A stretch of 64,000 nucleotides of DNA from an uncultured Planctomycetales bacterium (GTDB taxonomy: Bacteria; Omnitrophota; Gorgyraeia; Zapsychrales; Fredricksoniimonadaceae). The stretch covers positions 412,630 to 476,629 of the forward strand of contig CAZNDZ010000001.1 in NCBI GenBank assembly GCA_964572155.1, given 5' to 3'. The position numbers and the translations under genes are program-made. Shown piece after piece: positions 1 through 9,252 of the stretch. Below the pieces are notes generated by a model. It made no database searches. It had not been told where the DNA came from and worked only from the letters and a program-made list of their open reading frames with translations. How positions within the stretch are numbered: position 1 is the first letter of the stretch; each line of letters opens with the position of its first letter.

Positions 1-425
1 AAGGGGCTTTGGAAGCTAAGGGCAAGTCGATTGGTTTAAATATTGATTTACCTTTTGAACAAAAATCGAATCCCTATATCAATCATTTGATTAATTTTCA
101 TTATTTCTTTTGCCGCAAGGTGTGTTTTGTTAAATACGCCAAGGCCTTCGTTATCTTCCCAGGCGGTTATGGGACATTGGATGAACTTTCAGAGAGCATC
201 ACCTTGATTCAAACGCAGCGCATGGATCGTTTTCCTGTAATTTTATTTGGTTCGAAATATTGGCAACCCCTGTTGGATTGGTTTGAAGGGCAAATGTTGC
301 ATGAAGGTTGCATCGACGCCAAAGATTTGGATTTGATCCAATTGGTCGATACACCCGAAGATGTTATCAAAATCATTCAGAAATTTTATCAAAAGAAAAA
401 GATAGGTCATGCCAAAAAAAGTTAA
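1..425 (+). CDS. LOG-family (TIGR00730) cytokinin riboside 5'-monophosphate phosphoribohydrolase-like protein, 5'-truncated by window edge
   Basis: PGGYGTLDE signature and Rossmann-like LOG fold in the translated ORF 9..425. The reading frame is open to the window start. Confidence 0.7.
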   Translation, partial: GALEAKGKSIGLNIDLPFEQKSNPYINHLINFHYFFCRKVCFVKYAKAFVIFPGGYGTLDELSESITLIQTQRMDRFPVILFGSKYWQPLLDWFEGQMLHEGCIDAKDLDLIQLVDTPEDVIKIIQKFYQKKKIGHAKKS

Positions 426-1200
426 TGTCATTGTGGTGCGTACTGCTGGAACCAACTGTAACGAGGAGACGGCGTATGCCTTCAAATATTTTGGTGCACA
501 TGTAAACCAAGTGCATATTGATGCGTTGTGCCGCGGCGACGTGAAACTTAATGATGCGCACATCTTGGCGCTTCCAGGTGGGTTTAGCTATGGCGATGAC
601 ATTGCCTCTGGCCGCATCTTAGCCAATGAATTACGTTTGAAATTAGCAGACCAAATCCGCTTTTTTTTAGAGCAGGGAAAATTGATCATTGGCATTTGCA
701 ATGGTTTTCAAATTTTAGTTAAGGCGGGGATTTTGCCTGGCATTCAAATGATGGGCGCTCAAGAGGCGACGCTGTATCACAATGATTCAGCAAAATTTGA
801 ATCCCGCTGGACGCATTTGACGGTCGAAGAAAGCAAGTGTGTGTGGACCAGAGGAGTACAACCTCAAATTTATTTACCTGTCGCGCATGGCGAAGGTAAG
901 TTCATGGTTGACGATCAAGGCATCATGGAACAAATGCAAAGCAATGGTCAAATTGTCTTTCGTTATTGCGGCAATGATGGCCAAGCCCCTCTGTATCCAG
1001 ATAACCCCAATGGTTCCATCGATCATATCGCTGGTATCTGTGATCCAACAGGCAGGGTCTTAGGGCTTATGCCACATCCAGAACGTCATTTATTATTTGA
1101 ACAACACCCATTTTGGACAAGGCTTGCGCGCAGCAGTGACGTCGGAGACGGTGCTGCCATCTTTGCCAACGGGGTTGATTATATCCGAAAGAATTTTTAA
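409..1200 (+). CDS. purQ: phosphoribosylformylglycinamidine synthase subunit PurQ (glutaminase)
   Basis: 263 aa with the GICNGFQIL catalytic Cys motif and a class I GATase fold. Immediately followed by purM and purD. Confidence 0.85.
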   Translation: MPKKVNVIVVRTAGTNCNEETAYAFKYFGAHVNQVHIDALCRGDVKLNDAHILALPGGFSYGDDIASGRILANELRLKLADQIRFFLEQGKLIIGICNGFQILVKAGILPGIQMMGAQEATLYHNDSAKFESRWTHLTVEESKCVWTRGVQPQIYLPVAHGEGKFMVDDQGIMEQMQSNGQIVFRYCGNDGQAPLYPDNPNGSIDHIAGICDPTGRVLGLMPHPERHLLFEQHPFWTRLARSSDVGDGAAIFANGVDYIRKNF

Positions 1201-1202
1201 TT

Positions 1203-2207
1203 ATGGCCAAACACTTAACCTATAAAAAAGCTGGTGTCGATATTGCCAAAGCCAATCGTTTTGTCAATGAGATCAAGGGCTTAACCCAAAAGACGTTGAC
1301 GAAAAATGTGCTCAATCGCCCTGGCTCATTTGGGGCTTTGTTTGGTTTGGATTTAAAAGGTATTAAAGATCCTGTCTTGGTCTCATCGACCGACGGGGTT
1401 GGGACAAAATTATTGGTGGCCAATTTGGTTGGCAAGCATGACACGATTGGTATAGATCTTGTGGCCATGAATGTTAATGACATCTTATGCACCGGTGCGC
1501 GACCATTGTTCTTTTTGGATTATATGGCAACGGGCAAGTTAAATACCACGACCATGAAAAATGTCATGAAGGGCATTGTTAGTGGTTGTCACATGTCGGG
1601 TTGTGCGTTGATCGGCGGAGAAACCGCTGAGATGCCTGATATGTATAAGGGCGAAGAATATGATTTGGCTGGTTTTGTCGTCGGTGTTGTTGATCGCTCA
1701 AAGATCATTGACGGCACCACATTAAAATCAGGCGACGTGCTCATTGGTTTGCCCTCATCGGGCTTACATTCCAACGGGTATTCCTTAGCACGCAAAGCAT
1801 TGTCAGCTAAAGAACAAAAAGACTATGCCACCATCTTGCTTAAACCAACAAGCATTTATGTAAAGCCTGTGTTGGATTTGATCTCAAAAGTTCCTGTCAA
1901 AGGCATGGCGCATATGACGGGCGGCGCATGGTATGAAAAATTAACCAAGATGTTACCCAGCGGCTGTGCGTTTGAAGTTAAAAAAGGCAGCTGGCCTATC
2001 CCACGCATTTTTACATTGATTGCTGACAAAGGCCGCGTGCCTGAGCATGACATGTATCGCACCTTTAATATGGGCGTTGGTTTTGCCATTGTCGTCGAGG
2101 AAGAACATGTGGCAGACGTGCATGCCCAATTGCTCAAACATCACGTGGACTCTTTTGTCATCGGCCGCGTGGTCAAAGATTCAAAAAATAAAGTCATTTT
2201 CGTTTAA
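1203..2207 (+). CDS. purM: phosphoribosylformylglycinamidine cyclo-ligase (AIR synthetase)
   Basis: 334 aa with the typical PurM N- and C-domains (GLDLKGIKDP..., HSNGYSLARK). Lies inside the purine operon context. Confidence 0.9.
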   Translation: MAKHLTYKKAGVDIAKANRFVNEIKGLTQKTLTKNVLNRPGSFGALFGLDLKGIKDPVLVSSTDGVGTKLLVANLVGKHDTIGIDLVAMNVNDILCTGARPLFFLDYMATGKLNTTTMKNVMKGIVSGCHMSGCALIGGETAEMPDMYKGEEYDLAGFVVGVVDRSKIIDGTTLKSGDVLIGLPSSGLHSNGYSLARKALSAKEQKDYATILLKPTSIYVKPVLDLISKVPVKGMAHMTGGAWYEKLTKMLPSGCAFEVKKGSWPIPRIFTLIADKGRVPEHDMYRTFNMGVGFAIVVEEEHVADVHAQLLKHHVDSFVIGRVVKDSKNKVIFV

Positions 2208-2215
2208 AGGAACAC

Positions 2216-3493
2216 ATGAATATTTTAGTTATTGGCGCCGGCGGACGTGAACATGCGATCTGTTGGAAGCTTAAACAATCACCTAAAGTAGAGCGCCTCT
2301 ATTGCGCTCCAGGCAATGCTGGCATTGATGCGATAGCCCAATGCGTGGCCATTGATGTTACCGATGTAGAGGCTTTGCTTAAGTTTGCTTTAGAAAAGAA
2401 AATTGATTTAACCGTCGTCGGACCAGAAGTGTCTTTGGTGGCGGGCGTTGTTGATGCGTTCTCCAAAAAAGGCTTAAAGATTTTTGGACCATCCCAAGAA
2501 GCTGCTCAATTGGAAGGCAGCAAGGTGTTTTGTAAGGATTTCATGCATCGCCGCAATATCCCAACCGCGGTGTATAAAGTCTTTGATAATCCTAAAGCTG
2601 CCATTGAATTTTTACATCAAGCCCAGTTTCCCATCGTGGTTAAAGCCGATGGTGTCGCAGCAGGCAAAGGTGTCTATGTCTGTAAGGATTTAAAAGAGGC
2701 AGAAATCGCGGTTGATGATATGATGGTAAAGAAGCTTTTTGGTGCTGCAGGTAACCGCATTGTCATTGAAGAATGTTTAGAAGGTCAAGAAGCATCGGTC
2801 TTAGCGATCTGTGATGGTAAGCATTTTTTAGTTTTGCCAACTGCTCAAGACCATAAGCGTATTTTTGACGATGATTTAGGGCCAAACACCGGCGGGATGG
2901 GAACATTTTCACCTAATCCATTGGTCACAGCCGCTGTTTTAGATCAGATCATTGCGCGCATCATTGAACCAGCGGTGCGGGGGATGTATCAAGAAGGTAT
3001 GCCGTTTAAAGGTGTGTTATACGCCGGCATCATGTTGACCAAGGATGGGCCTAAGACGTTAGAATATAACGTGCGTTTTGGTGATCCTGAAACGCAATGC
3101 ATTTTACCGCGACTAACATCGGACTTAGTCGATATACTCCTTGCTTCTTGTGAAGGAACATTGGATCAAATTAAAGTAAAGTGGGATGATCGTGCTTGTG
3201 TTTGTGTTGTCATTGCATCTGGCGGGTATCCTGGGAAATATCAAAATGGTTATGCCATTATAGGGCTAGATGCGGCAAACAGTGACGATACAGTGGTATT
3301 TCATGCAGGGACGAAAAATGAAGGTGGAAACATCGTTACCAATGGCGGTCGTGTTTTAGGGGTTGTTGGTTTAGGCAGGAGTTTAACCAAGGCGCGTGAT
3401 ATAGCCTATGGGGCTGTTGAGAAAATACAGTTTGAACATATATTTTTCCGTCGTGATATTGGGGTTAAAACGTTAAAGGCCGTTAAAGTATGA
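2216..3493 (+). CDS. purD: phosphoribosylamine--glycine ligase
   Basis: 425 aa, MNILVIGAGGREHAI N-terminus, ATP-grasp. Confidence 0.9.
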   Translation: MNILVIGAGGREHAICWKLKQSPKVERLYCAPGNAGIDAIAQCVAIDVTDVEALLKFALEKKIDLTVVGPEVSLVAGVVDAFSKKGLKIFGPSQEAAQLEGSKVFCKDFMHRRNIPTAVYKVFDNPKAAIEFLHQAQFPIVVKADGVAAGKGVYVCKDLKEAEIAVDDMMVKKLFGAAGNRIVIEECLEGQEASVLAICDGKHFLVLPTAQDHKRIFDDDLGPNTGGMGTFSPNPLVTAAVLDQIIARIIEPAVRGMYQEGMPFKGVLYAGIMLTKDGPKTLEYNVRFGDPETQCILPRLTSDLVDILLASCEGTLDQIKVKWDDRACVCVVIASGGYPGKYQNGYAIIGLDAANSDDTVVFHAGTKNEGGNIVTNGGRVLGVVGLGRSLTKARDIAYGAVEKIQFEHIFFRRDIGVKTLKAVKV

Positions 3494-4560
3494 GCTTTAA
3501 GACCAAGATCTTAACCATTAATTCCGCGGTGCCCGAAGCTGATCGTATTGCTGAGGCAGCACACGTCATCCGTCGTGGTGGTTTGGTGATTTTTCCGACG
3601 GAAACGGTCTATGGGATTGCCGCTGATGCCAATAATCCTAAAGCAATTGAGCGGCTTAACGCAGTTAAACAAAGATCGACAGAGAAAAGATATTCCGTCT
3701 TGGTTGCGCATCGCAGCGTTGTTGATAATTACAGCTGTTATACGGAGCCAAATTTATATAAGTTAATTGATAAGTATTGGCCAGGTCCTTTAACGGTCAT
3801 TGTTCCCTCACGAGATCCCATCGAGGAAACCATTGGAATTCGTATGCCGGATCATACGATTGCTTTGCGTCTTGTTGAAGAGTCAGGATGTACGATAGCC
3901 GCACCTTCAGCAAATATTGAAGGCAAGAAGCCGCCGACCAATGTGACGCAGGCCTTGGAAGATTTAGATGGTTTGGTTGATTTGGCCATTGATGGCGGAC
4001 CTGTTGATTTTGGCATCTCATCGACGATTGTTGATTTTACCAAGGCGTCCCCGACGGTTATCCGAGACGGGGTTATTTCTCAGCAAGATGTGGATCGCAC
4101 CGTTAATCGCAAATGCGTGTTATTTGTTTGCACGGGCAATAGCTGTCGATCGGTGATGGCAGAATATTTATTGAAGGCAAAGTTGATTGGTCGAGAAGAT
4201 GTGGAAGTTATCTCAGCAGGGACCAATGTGTATTTCAAATCACCCGCTAGCCATGAGACCATGACGGTGTTGCGTGAACAAGGTATTAATGCCAATATGC
4301 ATATGTCTAGGCAATTGGGGCGCGTGATGTTGCGCAAAGCAGATTTAATTTTTGCCATGACCCGCGGGCATCGCACCCAGATTTTAGATTTGGTGCCATC
4401 CGTCGAGAAACGGGTGTATTTGCTCAAAGAATTTTGTGAGAGCCGTGCGTATGAAACAGAGCCAGATGTTCCGGATCCAATTGGGCAAGGCCACGGCGAG
4501 TATCAAGATTGTTTGTTAACCATCAAAGAAGCGGTTGAAAAGATTGAAGGGTTATTGTAG
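3490..4560 (+). CDS. tsaC: bifunctional L-threonylcarbamoyladenylate synthase (YrdC/TsaC domain) fused to low-molecular-weight protein tyrosine/arginine phosphatase (YwlE-like)
   Basis: N-terminal YrdC fold (VIFPTETVYGIAADANNPKAIERL). C-terminal LMW-PTP P-loop (VLFVCTGNSCRSVMAEY, CX5R). Confidence 0.75.
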   Translation: MSFKTKILTINSAVPEADRIAEAAHVIRRGGLVIFPTETVYGIAADANNPKAIERLNAVKQRSTEKRYSVLVAHRSVVDNYSCYTEPNLYKLIDKYWPGPLTVIVPSRDPIEETIGIRMPDHTIALRLVEESGCTIAAPSANIEGKKPPTNVTQALEDLDGLVDLAIDGGPVDFGISSTIVDFTKASPTVIRDGVISQQDVDRTVNRKCVLFVCTGNSCRSVMAEYLLKAKLIGREDVEVISAGTNVYFKSPASHETMTVLREQGINANMHMSRQLGRVMLRKADLIFAMTRGHRTQILDLVPSVEKRVYLLKEFCESRAYETEPDVPDPIGQGHGEYQDCLLTIKEAVEKIEGLL

Positions 4561-4562
4561 TT

Positions 4563-5018
4563 ATGGACATTTATGTTGGCGCGGATCACCGCGGTTTTGA
4601 GTTAAAGAAAAAAGTCTTAGATTATATCAAGCAACTTGGGCATAACGCGCATGATGTGGGCACGTTCGTTGCGGATGTTGGTTGCGATTATCCGCTAATT
4701 TCAAAAGATGTGGCTAAGGCCGTTGTCAAAGCAGGCACCAACGCGCGGGGCATTTTATTGTGCAACACAGGCATTGGGCATTCAATTGCGGCTAATAAAA
4801 TCCCAGGTGCGTATGCCGCATTGGTATATAATAAGGAAGCTGCTGCTTTATCCCGTCAGCACAATGATTCCAACATTTTGGTGTTAGGCTCCAAATTTGT
4901 CAACGATGCATTGATGATGGATATCATCAGCACATGGCTATCAACGGATTTTGAAGGCGGACGACATTTGCGCAGAACAGAACAGATCAAAGCGATCGAA
5001 AAAGAATTTTCCAAATAA
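4563..5018 (+). CDS. rpiB: ribose-5-phosphate isomerase B
   Basis: 151 aa RpiB/LacAB fold with a CNTGIG motif. Follows the tsaC/ywlE-like gene as in Bacillus ywlC-ywlE-rpiB-glyA. Confidence 0.85.
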   Translation: MDIYVGADHRGFELKKKVLDYIKQLGHNAHDVGTFVADVGCDYPLISKDVAKAVVKAGTNARGILLCNTGIGHSIAANKIPGAYAALVYNKEAAALSRQHNDSNILVLGSKFVNDALMMDIISTWLSTDFEGGRHLRRTEQIKAIEKEFSK

Positions 5019-5035
5019 TAGACGAAAGGTAATCC

Positions 5036-6277
5036 ATGAAGCACTTACAACAATCAGATCCAGAAATTTTTGATGCGATACAACATGAGTTAAAACGCCA
5101 AAAGAATAACTTGGAGTTAATAGCGTCGGAAAATATTGTTTCTCAAAGCGTGCTCGAAGCTGCGGGCAGTGTCTTGACCAATAAATATGCTGAAGGTTAT
5201 CCAGCAGCCCGTTGGTACGGCGGTTGTGAATACGTCGACGTGGCAGAAAGCCTAGCCATCGCACGTGCAAAACAATTATTTGGCGCAGAGCATGTTAATG
5301 TGCAACCACATTCTGGTTCACAAGCAAATACGGCTGTCTATTTAGCAGTCTTAAAGCCTGGTGATGTTGTTATGGGTTTAGATCTTGCATGTGGTGGGCA
5401 TTTAACGCATGGGTTAAAGATTAATATCTCAGGGCGTTTGTATAATTTTGTTTCCTACAAGGTTAATGAGAAGACTGAATTGATCGAAATGGAGGAAGTA
5501 GAGCGCATTGCCTTGGAACATAAACCTAAGATGATCGTCGCTGGTTATTCAGCTTATTCAAGGGTTTTAGATTTTAAGCGTTTCCGTGCGATTGCCGATA
5601 AAGTAGGTGCTTACCTTTTTGTCGACATGGCCCATTTTGCTGGTCTTGTGGCCGCAGGTTTATATCCAAACCCTGTGCCAGACGCACATTTTGTAACGAC
5701 CACCACCCATAAAACATTACGTGGTCCTCGTGGCGGGATGATTTTATGTAAAGCGGAATTTGCTAAGAAAATTGATAGCGCGATTTTCCCAGGCATACAA
5801 GGCGGACCTTTGATGCACATCATCGCGGCTAAGGCAGTGGCATTCAAAGAAGCGTTAAGTCCATCATTTAAAAATTATCAAAGCCAAGTCATCACCAATG
5901 CCAAGACCTTAGCCGATGCCTTAACGGCAAAAGGGTTTCGCATCGTTGCTGGTGGTACAGATAATCATTTGTTCATGGTGGATTTGCGCCCTAAAAATAT
6001 TGCTGGTAAAGATGCATCGGAAGTCTTAGATAAAGTGCAGATCACGGTCAATAAGAACTTGATCCCGTTTGATACAGCAGCACCGACAGTGACGAGCGGT
6101 ATTCGCATTGGTACACCTGCTGTCACATCACGTGGCATGAAAGAAACAGAAATGCGTGAAATTGCTGGGTTAATCGATGAGGCCATTGTGCATCACAAAG
6201 ATGCTGCAAAATTAGAAGCAATCCGTGTGCAAGTGCAGCGTCTAGCAGATGCTTTTCCAATTTATAAAGAATTATAA
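5036..6277 (+). CDS. glyA: serine hydroxymethyltransferase
   Basis: 413 aa, canonical SHMT sequence including the [16 protein letters not shown]-lysine region. Confidence 0.95.
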   Translation: MKHLQQSDPEIFDAIQHELKRQKNNLELIASENIVSQSVLEAAGSVLTNKYAEGYPAARWYGGCEYVDVAESLAIARAKQLFGAEHVNVQPHSGSQANTAVYLAVLKPGDVVMGLDLACGGHLTHGLKINISGRLYNFVSYKVNEKTELIEMEEVERIALEHKPKMIVAGYSAYSRVLDFKRFRAIADKVGAYLFVDMAHFAGLVAAGLYPNPVPDAHFVTTTTHKTLRGPRGGMILCKAEFAKKIDSAIFPGIQGGPLMHIIAAKAVAFKEALSPSFKNYQSQVITNAKTLADALTAKGFRIVAGGTDNHLFMVDLRPKNIAGKDASEVLDKVQITVNKNLIPFDTAAPTVTSGIRIGTPAVTSRGMKETEMREIAGLIDEAIVHHKDAAKLEAIRVQVQRLADAFPIYKEL

Positions 6278-6283
6278 GGTAAC

Positions 6284-6769
6284 ATGCGCTGTCCTTCCTG
6301 CGGATATAAAGACACCAGTGTGGTTGATTCAAGATTAAATAGCGACGGTGACTCTATTCGCCGCAGGCGCAAGTGTCCAAAGTGTGAAGAGCGTTTTACC
6401 ACCTATGAATACATTGATTTAGTGCCGTTGATGGTGGTTAAGCGTGATGGCCGACGACAAAATTTTGATCGTTCGCGCATCTTAAACGGGATTATGAAAG
6501 CATGCGAAAAACGTCCCGTTAGTGTTGAACGCATTGAAGCGGTGGTTGATTCCATCGAGCATGAAATCCGCAAACGATTTGATCAAGAGGTTGATTCAAA
6601 AGAGATTGGTGAATTGATCATGAAGCGCTTAAGCTCACTCGACGAGGTGGCTTATGTGCGCTTCGCATCGGTGTATCGGCAATTTCGTGATGTGAATCAG
6701 TTTATGAATGAATTGCAGATGATCTTAGGTAAGAATAAATTAAAAATTAAGAAGAAAAAGAAGGTATAG
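6284..6769 (+). CDS. nrdR: transcriptional repressor NrdR
   Basis: MRCPSCGYKDTSVVDSR...CPKCEERFTTYE zinc ribbon plus ATP-cone; 161 aa. Confidence 0.9.
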   Translation: MRCPSCGYKDTSVVDSRLNSDGDSIRRRRKCPKCEERFTTYEYIDLVPLMVVKRDGRRQNFDRSRILNGIMKACEKRPVSVERIEAVVDSIEHEIRKRFDQEVDSKEIGELIMKRLSSLDEVAYVRFASVYRQFRDVNQFMNELQMILGKNKLKIKKKKKV

Positions 6770-6771
6770 AT

Positions 6772-7176
6772 ATGATTAAGATGGAATTATCCCGCATTAT
6801 CATCGACGAGCGCAGGCAAGATCAGGTGATTGTGCTTAAAGAAAAACAAGGGGATCGTCAAATCCCCATTGTGATCGGTTTCATGGAAGCTTCCAGCATT
6901 AAGATCAAGGTTTCCGGCGTTGATGTGCCACGCCCCATGACCCATGATTTATTTTTACAGGTCATTGATGTTTTAGGTGGCCGTTTGGAAAAGGTTATCA
7001 TTGATAAGTTGGTGAACAATACCTTTTATGCCAAGCTGGAATTAAAAGACCATGCTGGTGAAATCAGGTATATTGACGCACGCCCGTCGGATAGCATTGC
7101 CTTGGCTGTCCGTTTTAAAGCACCTATTTATGTCAGCGAAGATGTCATTGAGCAGTCAGCTGCTGTCAATCCATAA
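6772..7176 (+). CDS. bifunctional nuclease (BFN/DUF151) family protein
   Basis: 134 aa with a DUF151-like pattern (IVIGFMEASSI...MTHDLFLQVI). Confidence 0.55.
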   Translation: MIKMELSRIIIDERRQDQVIVLKEKQGDRQIPIVIGFMEASSIKIKVSGVDVPRPMTHDLFLQVIDVLGGRLEKVIIDKLVNNTFYAKLELKDHAGEIRYIDARPSDSIALAVRFKAPIYVSEDVIEQSAAVNP

Positions 7177-7177
7177 T

Positions 7178-8581
7178 ATGTCGCCGTCCATGATGTTCCC
7201 GCACTTTAATACGCTATCAGCTTTATGCAAGAAACATAAAGCTGATGTGTATATTGTAGGCGGTTATCTACGCAATCTTCGATTAAATACCCCAAGCCAA
7301 GACGTTGATTTTGCCGTCGATAAAGGTTCGTTAACCCTTGCCAAAGCTTTTGCCAAAGCCATCAAAGGTGCTTTTGTTGTATTAGATGATGCCCACGGGA
7401 GCGCAAGGGTGGTTTCGCGCGTCGAGGGGATGATCTGGACCTATGATTTTACGGATTTTCGCGGCAAGAATATCGACGCTGATCTAAAACTACGAGATTT
7501 TACCGTCAACACCTTTTGCCAATCCTTATTAACAGGGAAAGATGTCTCTCCAAAGAGTGCTTTAACGGATTTAAAATCTAAAACCATTCGCATGGTGTCA
7601 TCAACCGCATTTAGCGACGATCCGTTAAGATTGCTTAGAGCATTTAGTTTATCAGCGCAAACAGGTTTTAAAATCGCGCCTGCAACAGCCGCAGCCATCA
7701 AGCGTCAAGCACGCTTGATCATGTCTCCAGCGATGGAGCGAACTCGAGAAGAATTGTTTAAAATTTTTGAATCATCCCGCGCGCATGACACAATGCTTCA
7801 GTTAGAGAAATCTGATGTGTTGCTGCGCATCATCCCTCAACTTGAGGTGATGTTCGGGGTCAAGCAAGGTGGATATCATCATTTAGATGTATGGCGTCAT
7901 TCCATGATGGTCATGGATCAATTAGAAAAATTGTTGCTTGAGGTAAACCAAGATCCTAAGGTCGCATGCTACTTAGAAGAAGATATTGGCGGCGGCCATT
8001 CACGTCAGGCCTTGCTTAAATTTGCCGCCATCTTGCATGATATTGGAAAGCCAGCGACGAAGAAGAAAGAAAAAGACCGCATGACTTTTCATGGTCATGA
8101 AAACGTTGGTGCGGGCATCACGCGGCTTGTGGCCAAACATTTAAAGTTATCTGTTAAAGAACGTTACTGGTTAGAAGATGCGGTGCGTTGGCATTTACGC
8201 CCAGGATACCTATCTAATTTTAAACAACCATCCGCTAAAGCGGTCTTTCGTTATTTACGCGACACAAAATCAGAGGCTGTTGCCATTGCTTTGCTTGCCA
8301 TTGCAGATCAACGCTCAACCTGTGGTCCCAAAACAACAAAAACCAAGACCCGTCATCATGAAAGCATTTGCCGCATGGTGATTGCGGAATATTTCAAAGA
8401 TAAATCAAAGCCTGTTGTGCCACGTTTATTGACGGGCAATGACTTGATAAAGAAATTAAAATTAAAACCTTCGCCGTTGTTTTCTGAAATTTTAACCAAG
8501 GTTCAAGAAGAGCATGCGATTGGGAAGATCAGCACGCTAAAAGAAGCATTAGATATTGCAAAGCGGATGGCGCTAAAATGA
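7178..8581 (+). CDS. cca: CCA tRNA nucleotidyltransferase / poly(A) polymerase family with HD domain
   Basis: PolyA_pol head domain (VYIVGGYLRNLRL...DVDFAV) and HD motif (HDIGKP). The start is chosen at ATG 7178 (MSPSMMFP...) rather than the overlapping upstream extension. Confidence 0.75.
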   Translation: MSPSMMFPHFNTLSALCKKHKADVYIVGGYLRNLRLNTPSQDVDFAVDKGSLTLAKAFAKAIKGAFVVLDDAHGSARVVSRVEGMIWTYDFTDFRGKNIDADLKLRDFTVNTFCQSLLTGKDVSPKSALTDLKSKTIRMVSSTAFSDDPLRLLRAFSLSAQTGFKIAPATAAAIKRQARLIMSPAMERTREELFKIFESSRAHDTMLQLEKSDVLLRIIPQLEVMFGVKQGGYHHLDVWRHSMMVMDQLEKLLLEVNQDPKVACYLEEDIGGGHSRQALLKFAAILHDIGKPATKKKEKDRMTFHGHENVGAGITRLVAKHLKLSVKERYWLEDAVRWHLRPGYLSNFKQPSAKAVFRYLRDTKSEAVAIALLAIADQRSTCGPKTTKTKTRHHESICRMVIAEYFKDKSKPVVPRLLTGNDLIKKLKLKPSPLFSEILTKVQEEHAIGKISTLKEALDIAKRMALK

Positions 8582-9210
8582 CATTGTATCCACTCGATAA
8601 AAAAGTCTTCGTCCTTAAGGGGAACCCTGTGCAGTTGTTAAGTGGGTTAACGTCAAATACCTTAGACGCCCCCAAGAATGCATTCCTCAATATGCATGGC
8701 AGGATCATTGCCACATTCGAGCAGCGGCGTTTATCGGACGATGAATTTTTATTGGTGATCGCAACCAAAGCTGTTGATGCAGTGAAAAGTCATACGGACC
8801 GATATTTAAAACTCAATCGCTCCACACTCACCGAAACCCCACGAAAAGTTTATTTTGATTTGGAATCCAATGATCATATCCTCATCACTGATAAAGATTA
8901 CCCTGCGGATATAAGTGAGCATGAATTTACCCTGTATCGTTTAGAGCACAATATTCCGTTGCATACGATTGATTATCACGATGAAATGCTTTTAAATGTC
9001 GATGAGCACGATTTTGTTTCTTTTACCAAGGGATGTTTCTTGGGGCAAGAGATGGTGGCTAAGGTGCACAATCGTTCTAAGCCTTCTTGGGTATTAAAAG
9101 TTAAATATCAAGATGAATTATCCCCCCAAGATCAATCCAAGATGACATCCACGGTTTTAGATCCTAGAACACAGCGCGTTTTAGGTTTTGTTTTCCTGCC
9201 CAACGCCTAA
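8578..9210 (+). CDS. YgfZ/GcvT-like folate-binding protein (short form)
   Basis: TKGCFLGQE motif resembles the KGCYxGQE signature of YgfZ/CAF17; 210 aa. Confidence 0.5.
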   Translation: MTLYPLDKKVFVLKGNPVQLLSGLTSNTLDAPKNAFLNMHGRIIATFEQRRLSDDEFLLVIATKAVDAVKSHTDRYLKLNRSTLTETPRKVYFDLESNDHILITDKDYPADISEHEFTLYRLEHNIPLHTIDYHDEMLLNVDEHDFVSFTKGCFLGQEMVAKVHNRSKPSWVLKVKYQDELSPQDQSKMTSTVLDPRTQRVLGFVFLPNA

Positions 9211-9252
9211 TTTGCATATATCTATATTATATGCTACATTTTCTTCATACCC

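Noticed and set aside
7052-7177. Upstream 42-codon extension of the CCA-enzyme ORF
   Set aside because: It overlaps the 3' end of the BFN gene in another frame. The ATG at 7178 gives a sensible PolyA_pol N-terminus.
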